From a virus (Duplodnaviria; Heunggongvirae; Uroviricota; Caudoviricetes): a DNA stretch of 64,000 nt. Positions 57,143 through 64,000 of the stretch are shown here, piece after piece; the stretch's first letter is position 1, and every line of letters begins with the position of its first letter. The position numbers and the translations under genes are program-made. Location: IMG/VR virus record IMGVR_UViG_3300044557_000292, positions 96,001-160,000 of that record; one strand, written 5' to 3'. The notes below the pieces were generated by a model that ran no database searches, was not told the origin of the DNA, and saw only the letters and a list, made by a program, of their open reading frames with translations.

Positions 57143-59190
57143 TTCTCCTTCGTGGATACCGCGAATCGTACCGCGTCACCATCTCTACTCATGTGTAAGA
57201 TATCACCATTTGCATGTTGCTTCTGATAGCTGATGACCCAATTAGCCATTGGAAGAACTATTCTACTTCGGATAACCCTCTGCAATTCCCTAGCGCCATA
57301 ACGGGTCGAATCCGTGTCATTGAGAATGAGGTCAACGAGATCATTGCTGACATGATCATCAATGCTAAGCCCGTCATGATGTTCTGATAAGATATCAGAC
57401 AGTGATCTGATCTGCATGGTTATGATCTTACTCAAATCAACCCTCCTCAACCTGTTGAATGTTACGATCACGTCAATCCTCGCGAGCAGCTCGGGCGAGA
57501 AGTACCTGTTCATGGCCTTCCTCATGATGGAGTCAATGTCAGATCTGTCCCTGGATCCATTAGATCCCATCGATCCGTGTCCGAACCCCGCCTTTGATGT
57601 CAGGGAATCCCTATTCCCAAGGTTAGACGTGAGTATGATGATCGTGTTCGTGAAGTCAGCCGGCACGCCCCGCCCATCTGTCATTCTGCCCTCATCAAGA
57701 ACCTGCAGGAAGCTGTTCCACACCTGCGGGTGGGCCTTCTCGGCCTCATCAAGAAGAATCACTGATTGCGGATGAGCGTTCACTTTATTCGTGAGTTGTC
57801 CGCCAAGATCGTTATCCTGGTATCCAGGTGCTGATCCGAACAGTTTGGTCACATCTTCCTTCACTGAGTATTCTGACATGTCGAGACGGATCATATTCAC
57901 GGGCTTCTCGAAGAGCTCCTCGGCTAGCTGCTTAGCCAGTTCAGTCTTGCCAACACCAGATGGACCGTCGAAGAGGAATGATGCTATTGGACGATCACCA
58001 CGTCGCAGACCGGCGGCATCTATCTTAATGCAGTCAACCATCTTATCAATGGCCTCATCTTGGTTAACGACCTTCTTCTTCAACCTGTCGGCTAGTGTCG
58101 TAATGTCAGAATACGCTAACTTCTTCTCCTTTCTAGCAGTCTTACCGGCGGGCGACATGGTAGAAGCATGTGATGAAGAAGTATCAACGAGCTCGTCCTG
58201 ATCCTCAGCAGACATGATCTTCTGTTTATCCTGCTGATCATAGTCCTCGGTCATCTTCTCGGCCGTATCATAGTCAACGCGACTAGGAAGATCATTGTAG
58301 AATTGCAGTAAAGACTTCCTGAATGCTGATCTGCTGACGTGACTAATGTCTATATGATTCTGTTCTATGAAAATGTGAAGATGCTCAAGGGCTATCAGCA
58401 TGAAGTCTATTGGAAGGATGGCGTCAGAATTCTTCGTGACCCGTAAAGACTCTCCAGTCTCCGCTATCGCCATTGACGCAATATTCTTCATAGCATAACT
58501 CATCTGCCCACGATCAAGTCTTGATGAGTAGACCTTCTCCATAACATTCTTCTCATTGAACCACAGCTCGTCCTCCACGTCTCCCCAGGTGGGTATCTCC
58601 TGATTGATGTAGATGAACTCAAATCTATCAATGATGTCATACTGCTTACGGATGAACCTATCAGCATCACTGCTCGGCATCTCTAGAATGGTCATCACGT
58701 TCGGTGCAATCCTGGCCATGAGCGCCGCTACATCTTGATTCGATAAGACGACAATCAGCCTTTCATCATGTAGTCCAGACACCATCCTCTGAATGACATC
58801 ACTGAGAATGGTCGCGTCGGACAGCTTAAGTTCCTCAATGCTCGGAGTGTTCAGGAAATTATAGAAGAGGGTCTCGTCGAATCTTCGATACTTAACAAGC
58901 AGTGAGTTCAATCGTCCACCCATGTCATCATGGGCGATCATCTGACGTATGGCAAAGGTCTTCCCCGTTCCAGATTCACCGGTAACCACGATGTTCTTGT
59001 AATGTTTGACCACTGATGCGGATCTTCTTATCCTGTCCATTGCCGTCTTGATGTTCGGCATGATATGGTCTATTGGTCTTGCGTCTGTTATAGATTTAGA
59101 ATCGATCTCCGGGAAGAGCTGATCGGCAATAAGATTATCATCGCCGTCTATCAGACTGTTAACAAGATCATCACTCACGTATTCCATCAT
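57139..59190 (-). CDS. ClpA/ClpB-family AAA+ ATPase with degenerate first NBD
   Basis: D2: VVNQDEAI, GPSGVGKTELAK, RLDMSEY, GSAPGY, LLDEAEKAHP, TSNLG, PELLARID, YGARELQR; D1: GESGTGKT without an acidic Walker B; GGTACCAT-N7-ATG start. Confidence 0.88.
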   Translation of the reverse strand: MMEYVSDDLVNSLIDGDDNLIADQLFPEIDSKSITDARPIDHIMPNIKTAMDRIRRSASVVKHYKNIVVTGESGTGKTFAIRQMIAHDDMGGRLNSLLVKYRRFDETLFYNFLNTPSIEELKLSDATILSDVIQRMVSGLHDERLIVVLSNQDVAALMARIAPNVMTILEMPSSDADRFIRKQYDIIDRFEFIYINQEIPTWGDVEDELWFNEKNVMEKVYSSRLDRGQMSYAMKNIASMAIAETGESLRVTKNSDAILPIDFMLIALEHLHIFIEQNHIDISHVSRSAFRKSLLQFYNDLPSRVDYDTAEKMTEDYDQQDKQKIMSAEDQDELVDTSSSHASTMSPAGKTARKEKKLAYSDITTLADRLKKKVVNQDEAIDKMVDCIKIDAAGLRRGDRPIASFLFDGPSGVGKTELAKQLAEELFEKPVNMIRLDMSEYSVKEDVTKLFGSAPGYQDNDLGGQLTNKVNAHPQSVILLDEAEKAHPQVWNSFLQVLDEGRMTDGRGVPADFTNTIIILTSNLGNRDSLTSKAGFGHGSMGSNGSRDRSDIDSIMRKAMNRYFSPELLARIDVIVTFNRLRRVDLSKIITMQIRSLSDILSEHHDGLSIDDHVSNDLVDLILNDTDSTRYGARELQRVIRSRIVLPMANWVISYQKQHANGDILHMSRDGDAVRFAVSTKEK

Positions 59191-59245
59191 GAGGGACATG
59201 GTACCGCGTCTATTCCCATGCCATCTGTCGAACATGGGATGGCTT

Positions 59246-59367
59246 AGATTCAACTATTGTCAGAACGTAACGGTCTACTGTGCTTCTGGTGATAGTCTGA
59301 ACGGACATGTGCAGAAAGGCTTCCTTGTGTATAACGTAACTTCCCGAGCGCTAAAACGATGTAGAAT
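59246..59367 (+). repeat. ~128-bp intergenic repeat R1, copy 3
   Basis: Ungapped match to 38047-38168 and to the reverse complement of copy 1. Confidence 0.9.
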
Positions 59368-59370
59368 TGC

Positions 59371-59399
59371 AAAAAGACCATCTATAATAGATGGTCTTT
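59371..59399 (-). terminator. Intrinsic terminator after dnaN
   Basis: aaagaccatcta-taa-tagatggtcttt hairpin; the A run gives a U tail on the minus strand. Confidence 0.7.
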
Positions 59400-59432
59400 C
59401 CACTGAAATCTTTAATAGGTGGTATGGATGAA

Positions 59433-60587
59433 TCACAGATGATTAGGAGTGATTGGCATGCTGAACAGGTACGTGTCCTCGTCAACCGATCCATCATTCT
59501 TGATCTGAGTCCAGATCACCCCATAGTCAAACGTGTCATTTGCGGGGTCGGCAATGAACTTCCACCTGATCGTCTCGGCATCAGCCGTGTTCAACGTGCG
59601 TATGATCGTACTGTACTTATAGACAGCGTGGTAATCCTCGTCAAGCTCACCCACGAACTGTATAGTCGTGCCCCACGTGTTCGACGAGTTGTGTATCTTC
59701 ACCTCGTTACCGTCAGCGATGACATCAAAGTACACGTTATTGTCCTCATCGTTTGTAGACCACGCTCCGAGCTTCGTCACGGCGGCCCTCAGATCTTCGA
59801 ACGCAACGTCAAAGTACTTCTCATCATGTCGTTCCCCGAAGACGAGCGCGTGATAATTCACGTACTCCTGATCAATCTTACTCACGCGGGCCGTTCTCCC
59901 ATCATCAAATGAGAATAGAATAGCGTCGTCATTCGAGTAAAGATCAACGGCCGTAGCGTGGACAGCGTCAGACATGGCCTTAATGTCTGATGATGGAAGC
60001 AGGAAGGAGTAATCACCCTCATCTCCCTTATTGTATGATAGGAGACGCGTCGTCAAGACGAAGCCCTCAGTAGCGACCGCCTTGACATGATCATCATCTT
60101 GAGTCTCGAAGAACATGCAGTAGAATCTTGAATCAGTAACGGTCGTATCACTGACACCCGCCATCTTGTTGATCACGTAGAAGAGATCGGCCGGCGAGAG
60201 GGTTCCAATATGACTCATTCCCTTTGAACCGTGGATTGGACGATTCTGACTAGACATGAGTGGGATCTTCAACTTGATTCCAACGTTAGCGAGCACCTGG
60301 GTCTTGTCCTTGTCAGTATACGACAAGACGATCGTATCAGAGGTTATCTGTGCTGGCACCTTCTTGAGGGCGCCGGACACCAGTTCGAATGGCGAGTCAA
60401 CTGGATCTTCAACCGTTACTGGAACCGTTATCGTTCGTTCACCATTGCTTGATACTGATGAGAACACGGCCGTTCCATCATCGTTAACAACAAGCCTTAC
60501 CGTGGCAAGATCGTCCTTCGTGTCAATGACATCAGTAGTCCACTTGATGGCGGCAGTGAAATCATCGCGCGTGAATGAGGCCTTCAT
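59433..60587 (-). CDS. dnaN: DNA polymerase III beta sliding clamp, divergent
   Basis: 384 aa, three-domain pattern, AVATEGFVL (ATDG.RL), YVNYHAL (YP.Y..v), C-terminal YLFSMPI. Confidence 0.75.
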   Translation of the reverse strand: MKASFTRDDFTAAIKWTTDVIDTKDDLATVRLVVNDDGTAVFSSVSSNGERTITVPVTVEDPVDSPFELVSGALKKVPAQITSDTIVLSYTDKDKTQVLANVGIKLKIPLMSSQNRPIHGSKGMSHIGTLSPADLFYVINKMAGVSDTTVTDSRFYCMFFETQDDDHVKAVATEGFVLTTRLLSYNKGDEGDYSFLLPSSDIKAMSDAVHATAVDLYSNDDAILFSFDDGRTARVSKIDQEYVNYHALVFGERHDEKYFDVAFEDLRAAVTKLGAWSTNDEDNNVYFDVIADGNEVKIHNSSNTWGTTIQFVGELDEDYHAVYKYSTIIRTLNTADAETIRWKFIADPANDTFDYGVIWTQIKNDGSVDEDTYLFSMPITPNHL

Positions 60588-60700
60588 ATTCTATTATTCT
60601 CCTTGTAGTCTTATGCTATTCTTGTTTGGGTCGTGTTGAATCAATATTGAAACGACGTTATGAGGTATAGTACCTCGTCTGAAACACCATTGAAGCACCA

Positions 60701-61189
60701 TCAGATGAAGTCGTCATCCTCATCGTCGACAATAGGAGCCGGAGGATCAATCTTATCGAAATCATCAAGATCGTCTGACTCCTCATCAGACGTCTTCTTT
60801 TCATTATGGCGCTTATCGACGCTACTTGTGGTGGAACGTGGTGACTCCTCATTCCTCGGAGATGGATGATTCTTCACTGACTCCACTTCGGATTCATCAT
60901 CTGAATCTTCCGCGTCCTTTGAGTACTTCCCATCTGAACCGGTCTCATTATCAGGCTCATTGGAATCAGACCCACCTAGACCACTGACTAGCTCGGCACG
61001 CTCAGACTTCTTGTCGTCAAGATCTTTCCTCTTCTTAGACAGGGAGTCCTCTAGTCTTGCTATCTCCTCAGTGAGGGACTTGATCTCAGCGTCATCTTCA
61101 CTAATAGCGGCCCTCGCCGCATTCCTTGCCTCATTCAGCTTATCTAGTATCGTTTTAACCTTACTGGCCATTTCTACTTCCTTTCTCAT
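60701..61189 (-). CDS. Coiled-coil/acidic hypothetical protein
   Basis: ORF with GGTACCAT motif upstream at ~61247. Confidence 0.65.
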   Translation of the reverse strand: MRKEVEMASKVKTILDKLNEARNAARAAISEDDAEIKSLTEEIARLEDSLSKKRKDLDDKKSERAELVSGLGGSDSNEPDNETGSDGKYSKDAEDSDDESEVESVKNHPSPRNEESPRSTTSSVDKRHNEKKTSDEESDDLDDFDKIDPPAPIVDDEDDDFI

Positions 61190-61260
61190 TGCTTATGTTA
61201 ATGAGTTAGCATTCTGTTTTACAGATTCATAAAAACCATAGGTAGTATGGTACCAAAATT

Positions 61261-63570
61261 TTAATTATGGTGCCCGTTCTGAGTTGTCTTTGACAGGGTC
61301 AGCTCGATGATCTTATCAGATCCTACTACCAACCTAGTTCCAGGACTCACGCTCTGCTTCACGATCACGTGGCTTGACCATAATGTTCCCCCATCTATGG
61401 AACCATCAGATAGCTCGCTACGCTTGAGGATCTCACCCTCAAGTCCTAGTGATCGTAGTGAGGACAATGCTGACGATGGGCTCATGCCAGTGAGGTCGGG
61501 AACAATGACCATATTCTTGTTCACGTTACCGACCTTCTTCCACTTCGTGTCAGTACTACCAAGATCTAAGCTAGCATTCGCACTCCCGCTAAGATTGGTG
61601 GAAATGAAGTCCCTAGTAGACTGTAGAGCCGCCTCAGCGTACGGACCGCGCGAGTATCCACGCCAGACGTAGTAGTCCATAGGATACTTGAAGTTCCCCC
61701 TGGGGTCATATGCGTTAGAGTAAACCACGTACTGGCCTACGATCTGGGCCCACACCTGGTTAGCGTAATTGTCGGTAGTTCCAGACTTGCCTACTGTAAA
61801 GTGACCCGGTACCACGCCCATCTGACCGAATCTCCCGGGAATGTCAGTTCCGTTAATGTTAGCGTCCAGCGCCTTGAGTACAACGCTGGCGGAATGGGGG
61901 CTCATGACAGACCGGCACCCGTTCGTGTTCGGATTCCAATCATCGGGAGCTTGTATCGCATTACCGTCAATTCTAGACATAGACGTGATTGGGGTTGCCG
62001 GACAGTACACTCCTTCCGCGGCGAAGGTAGCATAGGCTGCGGCCATGTTGATCACGCTATTATCAGATACGCCGAGCGTGTATGACACTGATCGAGGTCC
62101 TATCGAGTCGGGTGCGGACAGTCCAACGCTCTTAGAGAAGTTCTTGACCGCGTTCACTCCTATCCTTGATTCCAGTTCAACGAACCACGTGTTAGCAGAG
62201 TATGCTGTAGCCTGACGGTACGTGAGATGACCACCCTGAAGCGCGCAAGACGTCGAGTTTAAGATTCCACCAAGTGGGACGTCAAAGCCGGGCTTATTCC
62301 ACGGGCACTGTGATGATATGGCGTTTAGCTGATCCTCAGTCCATCCCGCGTTCAGAGCTGCGGACAAGGTCATCATCTTGTACGTTGATCCAGTCTGAGT
62401 AGACGCGGAGGGGATAACGACCTCCGTCTGACCTGCGGCTGTATTTGATCCCCAATCCCTGTTGGACCCGATGGCAAGAATGTAGCCCGTACCCGGCTGC
62501 ACGACAGCGGTTGACTGGACCTTCGGATTCGTGACACCCCAGTCCGTCTTCAATTGGGCGTTCAATTGTTCAAGCATGGTGGGGTCTAATGACGTCTTAA
62601 TCTCAAAGCCACCAGCGCTTACGGTTCGAGCACGATCATTTGCCGTAGACCCAAGCATGGTATCATCGAGTAGATAGTTGATCACGAGCTGGCAGTAGAA
62701 TGGATACTTGCTTGATCCGCAAGAACCAGACCAGCTCTGAACGTGAGTGGCAATTGGATCCTTAACAGCCTTATCATGATCTTTCCTGGAGATCTTCCCG
62801 TTCGCTAGGAGTCTGTCGAGAACGTAGGTCTGTCGTTCTTTCACCCTGGCCGCCACCGTGGAGTCATCCATCTGTTTGAGGTTATACTCACTCGTATTAT
62901 TCACAGAACCGGCCAGCGCGGCAGCCTCACTGAGCGTAAGATCTTTAGCGTTCTTGTTGAATATGACCTCAGATGCCGTCTCTATTCCATACACGTTGGG
63001 GGATCCAATAGCGATCGTGTTAAGATAATTCAGCAGAATGTCATCTTTGGAATGATTACGCTCGTAATTCATGGCCAGTTTAAGCTCACGGATCTTCCTT
63101 GATATGGTCGTGGCGGTGGCCGACTTCTTCTCCTTGGCGGTTGCCGTGCTATCATAGAATAGAAGATTCTTAATGAGCTGCTGGGTGATGCCAGACCCGC
63201 CGCCACTCCCAGTTATGAAGCTTCTTATCGTAGCTGGGGCATCAATGGCCCCATGTGAATAGAATCCCTTGTCCTCGGCCGACACTATAGACTCACGCAT
63301 GATCGGGCTCACATCATTTAGCGAGGGAACGATCTTCCTATCCTCTGACCACACCTCGGCAAACTGATTCCCGTTCTTATCAAGCATGATGGTATGCTGG
63401 TTCGTGGTTATGGATGGAAGAGTGGAGTCAGCCTGCGTCCAATACTTGAATATGGGAGACACGGCGAGGAATACTACGCATAGACCAACAGCAATCATCA
63501 ACGTGATGGTTATGATCATTCCCGATATGGAAGTGACGAGCCGCACAAAGTCCTTTAACCTATCCTTCAT
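61261..63570 (-). CDS. Class A penicillin-binding protein (transglycosylase-transpeptidase) with C-terminal PASTA
   Basis: EDKGFYSHGAID, GSGITQQLIKN, RKIRE, YLN; SxxK (STYK), SxN (SAN), KSG; VPDLTGMS PASTA. Confidence 0.92.
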   Translation of the reverse strand: MKDRLKDFVRLVTSISGMIITITLMIAVGLCVVFLAVSPIFKYWTQADSTLPSITTNQHTIMLDKNGNQFAEVWSEDRKIVPSLNDVSPIMRESIVSAEDKGFYSHGAIDAPATIRSFITGSGGGSGITQQLIKNLLFYDSTATAKEKKSATATTISRKIRELKLAMNYERNHSKDDILLNYLNTIAIGSPNVYGIETASEVIFNKNAKDLTLSEAAALAGSVNNTSEYNLKQMDDSTVAARVKERQTYVLDRLLANGKISRKDHDKAVKDPIATHVQSWSGSCGSSKYPFYCQLVINYLLDDTMLGSTANDRARTVSAGGFEIKTSLDPTMLEQLNAQLKTDWGVTNPKVQSTAVVQPGTGYILAIGSNRDWGSNTAAGQTEVVIPSASTQTGSTYKMMTLSAALNAGWTEDQLNAISSQCPWNKPGFDVPLGGILNSTSCALQGGHLTYRQATAYSANTWFVELESRIGVNAVKNFSKSVGLSAPDSIGPRSVSYTLGVSDNSVINMAAAYATFAAEGVYCPATPITSMSRIDGNAIQAPDDWNPNTNGCRSVMSPHSASVVLKALDANINGTDIPGRFGQMGVVPGHFTVGKSGTTDNYANQVWAQIVGQYVVYSNAYDPRGNFKYPMDYYVWRGYSRGPYAEAALQSTRDFISTNLSGSANASLDLGSTDTKWKKVGNVNKNMVIVPDLTGMSPSSALSSLRSLGLEGEILKRSELSDGSIDGGTLWSSHVIVKQSVSPGTRLVVGSDKIIELTLSKTTQNGHHN

Positions 63571-63609
63571 GATGATTATAGTACCCTAAGGATAGGCTAT
63601 TCATCCTAT

Positions 63610-64000
63610 CTACTTATCATCGCCGCTCAGCATTGCTTCCATGTCGATCTCCCCCGAATCATCACCCATTGGGAATCCGATGTCTTCATAAGAGTCATCC
63701 ATTGATGCCGGCAGTGGAAGTCCTCCATCATTATCGTCATCATCGCCCATATCCGGCATTGGCATGCCTGATGAAGATGAATCGGAATCTGATTTGAAGT
63801 CGAATTCAAGATCGATCTTATTGTCGGCAGCCGCGGCCTCTCGAAGATTCCTAGGCTTACGGGTATAGCCCTGAGCTCTCATTTCTGTTGCGTCTGAATC
63901 GTCAGAATCTAAGTCAGGAAGTGGCATTGAATCTTCATTCAAATCGGGGAGTGCAGCGTCATCATCAATCTCGTTAACATCACCCTCCGTAGTCACAGAG
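63610..64000 (-). CDS. C-terminal acidic low-complexity end of a gene that probably starts beyond the window
   Basis: Frame is open to the window edge. Confidence 0.6.
   Translation of the reverse strand, partial: SVTTEGDVNEIDDDAALPDLNEDSMPLPDLDSDDSDATEMRAQGYTRKPRNLREAAAADNKIDLEFDFKSDSDSSSSGMPMPDMGDDDDNDGGLPLPASMDDSYEDIGFPMGDDSGEIDMEAMLSGDDK

Larger units (their letters stand above)
1..64000. mobile_element. Segment of a large conjugative element (megaplasmid-like), probable actinobacterial host
   Basis: TcpC-like, pilin-like, Tad and FtsK/TcpA genes plus divergent replisome genes and many orphan ORFs; no rRNA, ribosomal protein or virion genes recognised; many leaderless starts, as is common in Actinobacteria. 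Confidence 0.7.

Noticed and set aside
1-64000. Jumbo phage or prophage
   Set aside because: No terminase, portal, capsid, tail or lysis genes recognised, whereas conjugation and Tad genes are present. Cannot be excluded for sequence outside the window.
63610-64000. Edge ORF as the missing C-terminal FtsK fragment
   Set aside because: Only an acidic low-complexity tail is visible, so there is no evidence either way.

Overview
This window looks like part of a large conjugative extrachromosomal element (megaplasmid-like). The host is probably an actinobacterium, and NrdD and RarA look Bifidobacteriaceae-like; both points are inference. No capsid, terminase or tail genes were recognised. It carries scattered transfer genes (TcpC/VirB8-like, pilin-like, TadA/TadB, FtsK/TcpA-like ATPase, class A PBP) and a large DNA replication and repair set (dnaB, dnaN, holA-like, ssb, sbcCD, radA, rarA, RecB-like nuclease, nrdD, thyX). 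It also has a small alarmone synthetase, a MoxR-vWA pair and a Clp ATPase. Main discovery candidate: the FtsK/TcpA-family ATPase is broken into at least four genes that would be joined by three split class-3 inteins. One gene contributes only the tripeptide CGG to the Walker A motif, and an inverted Zn-ribbon/Vsr-like endonuclease gene sits in one split site. Second candidate: eight otherwise unrelated proteins carry one of two conserved N-terminal tags and share a promoter motif (GWTAGATT). Also seen: two leaderless promoter classes that separate transfer genes from replication genes, a structured sRNA candidate with anti-RBS motifs, and three dispersed repeat families. All family assignments come from motifs read by eye; no database search was run.
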